Shown in pieces: positions 50,430 to 61,323 of a stretch of DNA of 64,000 nt. Positions within the stretch are counted from its first letter, which is position 1, and each line of letters starts with the position of its first letter. The position numbers were made by a program, and so were the translations under genes. The stretch is from Salinivirgaceae bacterium (lineage in GTDB: Bacteria > Bacteroidota > Bacteroidia > Bacteroidales > SZUA-534): contig JBFWMB010000006.1 in the NCBI GenBank assembly GCA_050251815.1, forward strand, positions 16,092-80,091, in the 5' to 3' direction. A model generated the notes under the pieces. That model saw only the letters and a list, made by a program, of their open reading frames with translations, searched no databases and was not told the DNA's origin.

Positions 50430-51947
50430 TCACTTAAAATTAATCATCTTTAGTATCTCATCAACATAATCGCGGTTGTTCGACAGCCGGGGAATTTTAT
50501 GTTGTCCTCCCAGCTTACCCTTTAATTGCAGCCATTTGTGAAAAGTGCCTTTCTCTACACTGTGAACAATGGGCATATCAAGCGTGTAGTTTTTAAAGCG
50601 TTTGGCTTCGTAATCTGAGTTTACTGACTTCAGGGCCTCATCGAGCATATACGTAAAGTAATCCATATCAGAAGGTTCTTTCTCAAACTCAATCAACCAT
50701 TCGTGAGCGCCCTGTTTATTCAACTCCATATAAACCGGGGCTACAGTATATTCATTAATCTCAGCGCAACTTTTAGCACAGGCTGCTTTCAGGGCTTTTT
50801 CAGCATTATCAACAATCAATTCTTCGCCAAAAGCATTGATAAAATGACGGGTACGCCCGGTAATCAGGAATTTATGGGGATATGTACGGGTAAACTGTAC
50901 CGTATCGCCAATAATATAACGCCAAAGTCCGCCATTGGTCGAAATTACCACAGCATAATTCTCACCTGGCTTTACCTCGTTTATGCGCAATGTGGTTGGA
51001 TTGGGGTTGGAAAATTCCGACATAGGAATAAATTCATAAAAAATTCCATAATCAAGCATAAGCATCATGGCCGGATCGTTGGGGTCGTCCTGAATACCAA
51101 AGAAGCCCTCTGATGCGTTATAGGTTTCCAGGTAATGCATCTCCGGATTAGGAATCAATTGCTGGTATTGCGAGCGGTACGGAGTAAAGCTTACACCACC
51201 ATGAATAAACAACTCCAGATTAGGCCAGACTTCCATAATGTTTGCTGCCCCGGTAATTTCGAGTATTCGTTTAATTAAAACCAGAGTCCATGAAGGAACA
51301 CCCGATATGTTGGTCACATTTTCCTTTATGGTAGCATGCGCCATTTGCTCAAGTTTTTCTTCCCAATTGTCCATTAATGCAATGGAAGCTTTGGGTGTTC
51401 GAAAAAACTCAGCATAAAAGGGAATGTTCTCTATTAATATAGCCGACAAATCGCCAAAATAGGATTCGTTATTAAAGTTATTTATTTTATGGCTTCCTCC
51501 AATTATGAGACCTTTACCTTTAAGCACACGATTGTCAGGATACAGGTGCTCATTGAAGTACATCACATCTTTTCCACCGCGCAAATGCGATAGCTCAATA
51601 GCTTCCTGGGTTACCGGAATAAACTTGCTTTTATCGCTGGTAGTACCACTACTCTTGGCAAACCATTTAATCTCGCCCGGCCACAGCAGGTTTTTTTCCC
51701 CGGCACGCAAACGCTCCACGTAGGGTTTAATCTGATCATATTCCTGAAGCGGAACCCGCGATTTAAAATCATCGTAGGTTTTTATGGAATCAAAAGCGTG
51801 ATTCTTCCCCCATTCGGTTTCACTGGCTGTTTCAATAAGATTCATCATTACATCGTGCTGTACATTACCCGGATACTGCCGAAACAAATCAATTTCGTTC
51901 ATCCTTTTGATGGTAAGCCAGCCAACAATTCCCTTTAATATCGGCAT
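50430..51947 (-). CDS. GH3 auxin-responsive-promoter family (acyl-adenylate-forming) protein
   Basis: The 505-aa ORF contains WFAKSSGTTSDKSKFIPV and has the overall length and N-terminus typical of the bacterial GH3 family. Confidence 0.8.
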   Translation of the reverse strand: MPILKGIVGWLTIKRMNEIDLFRQYPGNVQHDVMMNLIETASETEWGKNHAFDSIKTYDDFKSRVPLQEYDQIKPYVERLRAGEKNLLWPGEIKWFAKSSGTTSDKSKFIPVTQEAIELSHLRGGKDVMYFNEHLYPDNRVLKGKGLIIGGSHKINNFNNESYFGDLSAILIENIPFYAEFFRTPKASIALMDNWEEKLEQMAHATIKENVTNISGVPSWTLVLIKRILEITGAANIMEVWPNLELFIHGGVSFTPYRSQYQQLIPNPEMHYLETYNASEGFFGIQDDPNDPAMMLMLDYGIFYEFIPMSEFSNPNPTTLRINEVKPGENYAVVISTNGGLWRYIIGDTVQFTRTYPHKFLITGRTRHFINAFGEELIVDNAEKALKAACAKSCAEINEYTVAPVYMELNKQGAHEWLIEFEKEPSDMDYFTYMLDEALKSVNSDYEAKRFKNYTLDMPIVHSVEKGTFHKWLQLKGKLGGQHKIPRLSNNRDYVDEILKMINFK

Positions 51948-52071
51948 AGGTATAGGTTTTTCTCAAAGATACTTTTTTTGTAGAAGGCGCTAAAATAATT
52001 GAAGATAATTTAAAAATAGGTAACAACTACTGGGTTTAATGCCACGATCAGGAATCAAACCCTGTTGCATT

Positions 52072-52104
52072 AAAAAAAGAAGGCCGGTTCAAAAAAAACC
52101 GGCC
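52072..52104 (-). terminator. Terminator after the giant surface-protein gene
   Basis: A GGCCGGTT/AACCGGCC 8-bp stem is followed by a T-rich run on the minus strand. Confidence 0.75.
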
Positions 52105-52124
52105 CCATTCCCAACATTTAAAAA

Positions 52125-55100
52125 CTATTTTGCAAGTAGTATTTGTTCTGTGAAAAGATGTTCGGGTGATTGTATTCTTAAAATATAAACTCCCGCTTTA
52201 GCCAACGACAAATCGATGCAAGTTTCAAGCTGATGTAATTCGGCGTGCATAATAACACTTCCTCTTATATCGGTAATTGTCAATGTTGTACCCAGAGTTA
52301 CCTGATGTAGTAGTATGGTAAATTCACCCTGACTTGGGTTTGGATAAATACTACTTACCAAAGCACGCTCTGTGTTGATTCCAACAGCAAGCAACACTAC
52401 GTCGACAGTAAGGTCGGCATCAACCACCGAGAGGGTACCCTGATACACTTCAAACGCCTCCGGCTTACTGATGGTAAAGATTGCTTCGCTTACCGGCATG
52501 ATGTCGGTAAATACTGCCTTACCTTCACTATTGGTAAGCTGACTTTCGCTGTTAAATTCAACAGTAGCGCCTTCAACCGCATTTCCATCTTCATCGAGTA
52601 CATTAAAAGTAACCGCATAGGTTTCTTTCACAGGAAGGGTGAAATCGACCGAATATGTTGCCTGGGTTACGCCGTCTTCGGCAGTAACCGTAATTACTGC
52701 TATACCGGGAAGCGCTGAAGCCTGAACAACTTCAACTGTAGCTGCGGCATCGTTGGCAAGAGCAGCAATTACCGGAATGGTGGTAGTACCCTCAGGCAAT
52801 TCAACTTTGTACTCGAAGGTTGTTGCTTCAAAATCTTCCAGTTGAACTCCATCCATGGTGATGGTGCTTAGGGAAGCATCGCTATTGGGTGCCAGGGTGA
52901 AACTAACCGTGTAAGTCAACTGGGTTTCGCCGTCTTCGGCGGTTACCAGAATACTTGCCGCACCCGGAAGAGATGCTGCCTGAGTTATGGCCAGTGAAGC
53001 AGCAGCATCGTTCGGACTGGCTGCCACAACCGGCAAGTCTGTTGTTCCGTAGGGCAGTATAACCTGATAATCGAAGGTGTTTACATCAAAACTGCTGATG
53101 GCTTCACCGTTCACGGTAATTCCGTGTAAGGTGGCATCATTATTTGGTGCCAGTGTAAACATAAGCGTATAAGTAAGTTTGGTTTCGCTGTCTTCGGCAG
53201 TAACTACAAGGGTTGCTTCACCGGGCAGTTCCGTTGCCTGGGTAATTTGCAGGCTGGCATTGGCATCGGTTGTTGTGGCATCAACTTCTGGTATGGTGGT
53301 CGTTCCATACGGCAGCTCCAGCTCATATACAAATACATCGGCAGCAAAAGTTGCCAGGGGAACTTCGTCGACAATTATACTGCTTAAGCTGGCGTCGTGA
53401 CCTAATGACGCATCCACAAAGGTAACTTTGTAGGTAAGCACGGTGGTATTGTCCTCGGCTGTTACCTGAATGCTTGCAAATCCGGGAACTGCTGTTGCCT
53501 GAACAATATCAACAGAAGCCTTAGCATCATTGGCCACGGCAGAAACCACAGGAACGCTTTCGTTAGAAACAGGAAGCACATACTCCAGGGTACCCGGAGC
53601 AAATCCGGTCAGTGATTGCCCGTCAACCAGAATATCGCTTAATGTAGCATCGGTATTTAAAGCCACACTGAAATGGATGGTGTAGGTTAGCGTGGTTACC
53701 ATGTCTTCGGCGGTTACTTTTACCGAAGCGTCGCCTGGCAACTGAAGCACCTGGGTAAGCACAACCTGGGCTTTAGCATCGGCAGCCACAGCTGTGATTA
53801 CCGGCAACGTTGTAGTTCCGTAAGGCAGCACCACCGAATATTCATACTGGTCTGCTGCAAAACCTTCCACCGTTGTGCCATTGTAGCTTAAGCTGCTAAG
53901 GGTAGCGTCGGTATGGTAAGGAGTAACAGTAAACTGTACGCTATAGGTTTGTTGAGTAACTCCATCCTGGGCAGTTACTTTAACGCTTGTAGTGCCGGGC
54001 AGGCTTGTGGCTGCACTAATCTCGATACTTGCATTTGCCTCATTAGCTGTGGCAACAAGCACTGGGACATCGGTAGTACCTGCAGGCAGGCTTACCGAAT
54101 AAGTAAATACAGAAGGATCAAAACCCTCCAGTGGCGAACCATCAAGAGTTATTGCACTCAGGCTGGCATCGTTCGACGGGAACGACATATCGGCAGCAAA
54201 ACGCGCCGTAATATAATTTCCGGTCGTCCGGCTATGGGCTATTCCGGTAACCTTTCCGGATGTCTCCGGAAGTAAAGTTCCCATATAGTCGGCATCGTAG
54301 AAATTGGTGTAGAAGTTGGCCGAATTTGTCTGATCGCTGAGGGTATAACTGGTTCCCGTGGCAAATGTTATGCTACCATCGGCCTGGCTAAATGTTAGGC
54401 CTTCAAACGTAAGCAATTCTGCTTCATAGGCTTCAAAATCGGACGCAAAGGCTTCCAGCGTTACCACTTCGGGAATAATTTCGGTTCCGTCACCCGAACT
54501 TGCACCCGGATCGGTAGAGGGTACCAGCTGTAACATGCCTCCATATTCCGTTAATGAGCCTTCAATACCACTTATATTGGCTCCAATGGTATAGCTTGAA
54601 GTGATTTTACCAGCCAAATCGTCGATAAGGACAGCGGCCGTAGCATCCTGAATAAACTTCTGGTTGCGATAGCTTTGTACCATGGTAACGGTAGCATTTC
54701 CGGCAAATTTAACTTTGGCCCCGGCTCCCTGATTACGCAATGCAGCCAGCGTTTGGGGGACAGCTATGATTTCAAAGTCGCCACTTACCTCGTTTATCGT
54801 AGCATTATCGACGGCACTGATGCGTACCTTATAGTTGTTTCCGTAATAGCTGTCAGCACCCACGGTTAAGGCAACACTACCGGTAGTAGCGTCGGTCGAT
54901 GCCAAAAGATCGGTCCACACATCGAAGTTGGGTACATAAACCTCAACTCTAATGTTTGCTATGTTCGCAGCGTTCCATGTCATGGTAACTTCGTCGCCGG
55001 CATAGAATACTTCGCCACCGACGGGATAAGTCAGGCTAAGGCTTTGTACCGAAGCGTCGATTGTAGTAAAGCTTGCCTGTGCACTAAGATTAAGGTTCCC

Positions 55101-58100
55101 GGCTTTATCCTGAACCGCATCGGCTTTTAGTACCAGGGTGTACTGGGTACTGTTGTCCAAAGCTGCGGTCGGAATCACGGTAATAAGCCTTCCGCTGATA
55201 GTAGCACTAAATGCTACGGTATTTGCCGGAGTGGCCGTTTCGTAACACTCGAGCAGCGCGCTTACATCGGCCCCTTCGGCAAAGGCCAGGCCGCTGGCAT
55301 CGAATACATTCTCGTTAAAGGTGAGCGTGGGATGTACATTTACAAACACCTCGTTTGTATTGTTCAAGGGTTCAAAAGCAACAACCGGACCTTCGGTATC
55401 GGGTGCCTGAACGTGTAAACCCAGGTAAGCAACCTCATCCTGAGCATAAACCAGCCATTGGGAATCGTCAGTATTGGTTCCGGCCGATAGCGCCCAGTCG
55501 GTGGTACCAATCTCGATGGGTGCTTTACGTACCAGGGTTTTGTCGGCGGTAGCATTGGCTACTCCGGCCACCGGCCAGGCACTTCCGGGATCTTCACCCA
55601 CGTTGCCAATGACATCAATAAGGACATCGTTTTTAAACAAGCCTAACGCATCGTCGCCATTAAAATTGGCCACACCCGAAGTAATATCGCCCACATCTTT
55701 AATGGTCTGAACGGCACTTGAGTTGTAGATAACATATACATCGCCCGCAGCAAGTGTTCCGCTTAATACCAGGGTAGTTCCCCAGCTTGCACCGTTGGTG
55801 GCCAGCTTAACCGAATAGGCCGATAAATCGGCATCCGTTCCGGTGGGATTGTAAATCTCCAGGGCCTTGTTGCTTGAAGAACCTTCGAGGTATTCCGAGA
55901 AGAACAATTCACTGGTTGGGGCTTCATCCAGGGTAAGCGCATAGGTTTTTTGAGTAGTACCATCCTGGGCGGTAACTATTACCTGATAGTTGCTTAACAG
56001 ATCGGTGGCTACAGTGCTGCCATCAGACTGGTACACTTCAAAACTGGCATAGGTTGCCGGAGTCAGGTTGGCTTTAAAGGCTGCCAGGCTGGTTCCGTAA
56101 GGAATTCCGGTAATTGTGTTTTCGGCATCGTTAACCAGGTAGTGGCCTGAGCTTACAAAGGCTTCAGTGCTTGCCGCTTCCCAGGTAAAGTGGATGGTGT
56201 AGGTTTGGGTGGTAATTCCGTCCTGAGCGATAACTTTTACGCTGCTTGTTCCGGGCATCGATTCGGCCACGGTCAGCTCCGCCGAGGCGGTGGCATCGTT
56301 CAGGGTATAAGTAAGCCCAGGAACGTCTGCCGTTCCGTAGGGATATTCTTTAGTATAAGCATATACCTCAGCACTGAATCCATCGACAGCCACCTCGTCG
56401 ATAAACAAGGCACTTAAGCTGGCATCAGTATTCGGAGCCTCAGGCGTAACACTAACCTGCCAATCCTGACTGGTAATTCCGTCTTCGGCAAGAATGCTGT
56501 AGGTTACGGTGCTTTCAAAATTGATGGCGGTTACGCCACTTTCCTGGGGAGTTGTTCCCACTTTTGCCGTTGCTCCGGCACTCAGGGTAAAGGTGGCCAC
56601 CAGGGCACTGCGATCGCTTCCGTAAGGAACCTGGATGCTCAGGGTATGGGCATCGGCATCGATGGTTGCCTCTCCGGTCTGGCCGGGAACGGCAAAGCTC
56701 AGGATATCGGTCTCGTTGTTTACAAAAGCTATTTTATTTATGGTATAGGTTTTTTTGGTCAAGCCGTCTTCGGCCACACAAATTAGCTGATAGCCATCGA
56801 GCAAATCGGTAGCCAGGCTAAGTCCGTCGGCCTGATACACATCGTACGAAGCGCCGCTGAGAGCAAGCACATTGGCTTTAAAGGTCGCCAGGTCCTCGGA
56901 ATAAGGAACATTGCTGATGGTGCTGTTGTCGTTATCGACGGCGTAAACCGCTGAGGCGACTTCAGCCACCGTTCGGGCTTCGCGCACGGTAAAGGTGGTG
57001 CTGCTTTCGGTATTTTCGTTTCCGGCGGCATCTTCCACGGTATTGGCCAGCAGACTCAGGGTATATTGCATACCCAGTTTTAAGTCGCCGGTGGGATCAA
57101 CTACCATTTGCTGACCCGACAAAGTGGCCACAAAAGGCAGCGTATTGGCGGGCGTAGCTGTTTCGAAGAAGGACAGCTTGGCGGCCAAATCGTCGTTGCT
57201 GATGGCCGAACCATCGGCATTAAAGATTTCCTCGTCGAAACTTAGCGTGATATCGGTAGTTTCAGTAACCTGTGAAGATCCATTCAGGGGTGAAAAACTT
57301 ACCACGGGAGCTACATTATCGGTAAACTGAACGTGAGAACCTAAATATGATAATTCATCCTGATCATATACCAGCCATTGGGAATCATCAGCATTCGTTC
57401 CTGCCGAAGAGGTCCAGGAGATGGTTCCCATATTAATTGCGGCCTTTCGCACCAGGGTTTGGTCCACTGTACCGCTGGCATCGTCGGCAACCGGCCAGGC
57501 TGTTCCCGGGTCTTCGCCCACCTGACCAATGACATCGATAAGTATATCGTTTTTAAACAAGCCACGGCATCGTCGCCATTAAAGTTGGCCACACCTGAAG
57601 AAATGTCGCCCACGTCTTTAATAGCCTGTACAGCACTTGAATTGTAGATAACATACACCTCGCCGGCTGTTATGGTTCCACTTAAACCAAGGGTTGTTCC
57701 CCAGTCGGCACCATTCGTGCCCAGCTTAACGGAATAAGCCGACAAATCGACTTCACTTCCGGTAGGATTGTAGATTTCCAAAGCTTTGTTGCTTGAAGAA
57801 CCTTCGATGTATTCCGAAAAGAACAAATCAATAACCGGCTCATTTACCGTCAGGGTATAGGTCTTTTGGGTGGTGCCATCCTGAGCGGTAACCACCACCT
57901 TGTATCCGCTTAAGAGATCGGTTGCCAGGGTAGTCCCATCGGCAAGGTAAACATCGAAAGCAGCACCTGTAGCAGGCGTTAATGCTGCTTTAAAGGTGGC
58001 CAGGGTTGTTCCGTAAGGTATGTCGGTAAGGGTTTCGTTCCCATCGTCGACCGTATAGCTGGCCGAAGTTACGGTGGCCTCACTGCTGGGTGCTGCCACG

Positions 58101-59530
58101 GTAAAGTTGATGCGGTAATCTTTTTTGGTGGTGCCATCCTGGGCAGTAACCTCAACGCTGGTAGTACCCGGCAAGGAGGACGCATTGGTTTGAATTACCG
58201 TAGCGGTGGCATCGCTTAAGGAATAAGTAACGGTTGGAACCGTGCTGGTTCCGTAGGGCAACTCCACATCGTAAGCAACCGTTCCGGCATCGAAACCGGC
58301 AATGGTGGAGCCATCGACTAGTAAGTCGGTTAAGGTGGCATCGGTACTGGGTATTTCTTCCGAAACACTTACCGTCCAATCCTGGGTGGTAAGTCCGTCT
58401 TGTGCTGTAATGGTATAGGTAAGGTCTGATGAAAAATCGTTGGCGCTTATTCCGCTTTCCTGCGCTGTGGCTCCAACCGCAGCTGTTGCCCCGGCCGATA
58501 GTTCAAAGGTGGCAATCAGATTGGTAACATTGGTACCATAAGCCACGTCAACAGCAACCGTATGAGCTACGGCATCAATTGTTGCCGCTCCGGTTTGTTC
58601 CGTAAAGCTAAAGGCGGTAATGTCGGTTTCATCACTTGCAGTTGTGGAAATTGTAATATCAGCATCACTTTCATCTGAAATGGTTATGTTTGAATAATTA
58701 TCAGAAATTCGAATCCTATAATTATTTCCCTCCAAACTTCCTGGAACAAACCAACTGTAGGTTCCATCATTTGTTTCATCATCTGCAATTAAAACATATG
58801 AAGTTCCATTGTAATATTCAATATCAATTGTTGAGGAATATCCAGTACTTGTCCATATAATATCCTGTGAAGTTCCAGATTGCCATATTTCTCCACCATT
58901 AGGAGACGTAATAGTCAAAACTGGTAAAGCATTAACACTCCCGTATACTATTAAATCATCACCTGTTCCATCACCAATTCCTCCAGAACCAGATGTGGCT
59001 TCTGCATACATATAGATCCTGAAAGTTACAGGCTCACTAATGTCTAAATAGGAAAAAGTAAATGTGAAGTTTTGGGTAGATGTGCCATCAGTAATTGAAT
59101 ATATTTGGTCTAAATTACTTGCAAAATTATCTAAAGAACTTCTAAGTGCTATAGCACTCGGACCCGTGGATGACCTTTGCAATTGTAGATATATTGAACT
59201 TATTGTAATCATATATCCTGGACTTGGTGTAACTGTAAAAGTCATAAAATCATCTCCAGACACAGCATCTTCAATAGAGGTTAATGCCCAACTTGTCGCA
59301 TTAAATCGACCACCATTAGCTGAAGCAGTAAGCCCTGCACCTCTTGAGATGGTAGAAGTAGAAAGATTTTCATCATTATATTTTGAGCTCGCTGTTTCTT
59401 CATTTCCTGCTAAAGCAGAGAACTCAAAACTTAAAATCTGCCCCCATCCCTGGGAACTAAATAACAATAGCAAAAGCAAACCCGGCAATAAACGCCGCAG
59501 TCCGCTGGGTAAAAGCGTAGTTTTTTTCAT
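52125..59530 (-). pseudogene. Giant T9SS-secreted surface protein, about 2468 aa if repaired, split by a 1-nt frameshift at about 57561-57563
   Basis: ORFs 57341..59530 and 52125..57560 overlap. The upstream ORF has a signal peptide (MKKTTLLPSGLRRLLPGLLLLLLFSSQGWGQ) and the downstream ORF has a T9SS C-terminal domain (SIYPNPSQGEFTILL...GVYILRIQS...). The junction falls inside a lamin-tail domain whose intact paralog is at about 55640. The span is 7406 nt, so adding 1 nt gives 2469 codons. Confidence 0.85.
52640..54180 (-). repeat. Six tandem units of about 250 bp inside the CDS, each encoding a cadherin-like beta-sandwich domain
   Basis: The repeated protein pattern is DA(S/T)LS.(I/L)..DG..L..F......Y.V.LPYGTT..P.V.A...DA.A...I.QA..LPG.A...VTAEDG.T..TY.V.F. 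Two more single copies lie further 5' in the gene. Confidence 0.85.
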
Positions 59531-59778
59531 CTGTGTAATTTTAGTTGTATGTATTGAATCCTAATCTGGTTGTTCGTCTGATTACACGTTGTTTTTCAAA
59601 GGAAATGGTTTGGCAATTTATGCTATTTTACCAAACTAAACAATAGCTGCGTTTATTTTTCTGGTGTTTTTTCCTGTATTTTGTATTATTTTCGTAACAC
59701 CTGTAATTATACTACACCCGGTTCAGAAACGATTTGCCTAAATTCGGCTTATGCCTTCTCCTTAGCCCGGGTGCCTGT

Positions 59779-60065
59779 CCCACCGTTGGTCGTTCTGGGG
59801 CTTTAGAACCCCTTGTTGGGCAGCAGCAACTGATTCAGGGGCTGAAAAACCCGTTGTGGATCGGCAGCAGCAAATTCAGGGCTTGAAAATCATCCCGCCA
59901 GTCAGCAGGAAGGAATTCAGGGCCTGAAAAACGCCCTGTCAGTCAGCAGGACAAAATTCAGGGTCTGAAAAACGTCCTGCTCACCGGCAGCACGAAATTC
60001 AGCGGCTTAAAAACGTGCTGCCAGCGGGCAGCATATTGATAATCAGCAAAAAGCCATATTTTTCT
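59779..60065. repeat. Array of seven 41-bp-phased units, five well conserved, each a composite palindrome around TTCAG-N3-CTGAA
   Basis: ATTCAG anchors lie at 59833, 59874, 59915, 59956 and 59997 (exact 41-bp step), with degenerate flanking units at 59792 and 60041. Outer arms are complementary within each unit but differ between units. Confidence 0.85.
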
Positions 60066-60201
60066 TCGTGTTCAGCAAAATAATTGAAAGGGCCAAACAG
60101 CAGCCGGCTTACCGTGAAGCAGCCAGGCTGCCGATGAGGCCGCATTTATACTGGTCTTTGCTTATTATCAGCTTTTTACCTGCTTTTTTTTTGGCGATAT
60201 A

Positions 60202-60233
60202 TTTGGTGGTAATCACGAATTGCCGTAATTTTG
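60202..60233 (+). promoter_or_regulatory. Candidate Bacteroidota promoter (-33 TTTG at 60202-60205, -7 TAATTTTG at 60226-60233) for the 245-aa ORF
   Basis: Both consensus elements are present with a 20-nt spacer, about 50 nt upstream of the ATG at 60285. Confidence 0.45.
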
Positions 60234-60284
60234 ATACTCCTGCCAGAAGCCAAGTAGTTTTTATTAATTTAAAACGCTTATATT

Positions 60285-61022
60285 ATGATTAAACTTTTCA
60301 ATTTATTTCAGTTGCGTGCCGGCGAGTTGATGCAATTCTGCCGCGACGCCGTAAACGTTCTTCTGGCTAACGATTTGGTTGGCCTTGAAGTAAATGAACC
60401 GGGAACTGCTTTTATCAACCGTTTCGAAAGTGCCAAAAGCACTTACAGCCTGGCAAAAGGCAGCCTAATCACCAAAGAGCTGGTAGCTATCGACCGCCGT
60501 CGTGACACCGGCATCCGCGGTATCCTGGAGATGCTTGACGCCTATGCCCTGCACTACGACCCTAATGTGGTAGCTGCAGCGGAACGTATAAAACAGCAAT
60601 TTAATCGTTTTGGGGTGAAAATCGCCCGCCAGAATTACCAGACGGAAACCAACAATCTTTTTAGTCTGGAGGAACAGGTTACTGGCGACACCTCGCTGCA
60701 AGCCGACTTTGCGCTGGTTCATCTAAGCGATTGGTACAATCAGCTAACGGCAGAAAACCATTTATTCTCGGATCGCTATGCGGCCCGGGTTGCCGAAACG
60801 GTTGAACAGGGTGGTGGTAAATTTATGGAGGAACGTCCGCTGCTTATTGAGGCCTTCCGCGAATTTTGCCAGCATGTGAATGCACACATCACCCTTAAGG
60901 GAGATGCTGCCTACAAGGTTTTGACAGAACCTATAAATGTGCAGATTGAAAAATACCTGTTAACCGTTAAAAACCGACAGGCCGTTCCGGAAAATCCCGA
61001 AGACGAAACCGTCGAAATCTGA
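60285..61022 (+). CDS. Hypothetical helical protein (orphan gene with its own promoter and terminator)
   Basis: The 245-aa ORF has an ATG start and coding-like composition. No motif was recognised with confidence. Confidence 0.65.
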   Translation: MIKLFNLFQLRAGELMQFCRDAVNVLLANDLVGLEVNEPGTAFINRFESAKSTYSLAKGSLITKELVAIDRRRDTGIRGILEMLDAYALHYDPNVVAAAERIKQQFNRFGVKIARQNYQTETNNLFSLEEQVTGDTSLQADFALVHLSDWYNQLTAENHLFSDRYAARVAETVEQGGGKFMEERPLLIEAFREFCQHVNAHITLKGDAAYKVLTEPINVQIEKYLLTVKNRQAVPENPEDETVEI

Positions 61023-61066
61023 ACCGCGAGGGAAGGACGCGGACATTGAAGCAAAGGAACAACAAG

Positions 61067-61113
61067 CACCGTGGGTATTTTGAGCACAACAACAGAATAC
61101 CCCGGTGTTTTTT
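61067..61113 (+). terminator. Rho-independent terminator of the 245-aa ORF
   Basis: A 12-bp stem with one bulge (CACCGTGGGTATT with AATACCCCGGTG) has a 16-nt loop and is followed by a T6 run. Confidence 0.8.
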
Positions 61114-61288
61114 GTTTCTGCGGCCAGGGCTGGTTTCGTTGGGACTTTGTGGTTGAAGATTTTTGATTGCAGATTGCAGGTATGCGATTACGTTCCGTGA
61201 GGACTTCGTCGTTAACGATTTCAGATTTGGTTACCAATGAACTTCGTCGGTTTCGGCGGCTTATTTCTTGGTAGCTGTTCGTTGCTCT

Positions 61289-61323
61289 GGCTGCAAACCG
61301 CTTACTGGTGGCTGATGACTGCT
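61289..61323 (+). repeat. 35-bp direct repeat, copy 1 (GGCTGCAAACCGCTTACTGGTGGCTGATGACTGCT)
   Basis: Identical to 61670-61704. Confidence 0.9.

Noticed and set aside
50427-50432. In-frame TGA-TTG junction between the GH3-family gene and the downstream 260-aa ORF (possible stop-codon read-through fusion)
   Set aside because: The downstream protein begins with its own canonical signal peptide, which makes sense only as an independent N-terminus. The in-frame adjacency is most simply a coincidence of tight operon packing.
60068-60292. 74-aa plus-strand ORF with a hydrophobic segment, overlapping the ATG of the 245-aa gene by ATGATTAA (a possible translational-coupling pattern)
   Set aside because: It has a GTG start. 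The apparent TM helix is encoded by poly-T and T-rich promoter DNA. The predicted -33/-7 promoter of the downstream gene lies inside it. It is kept only as a remote possibility.
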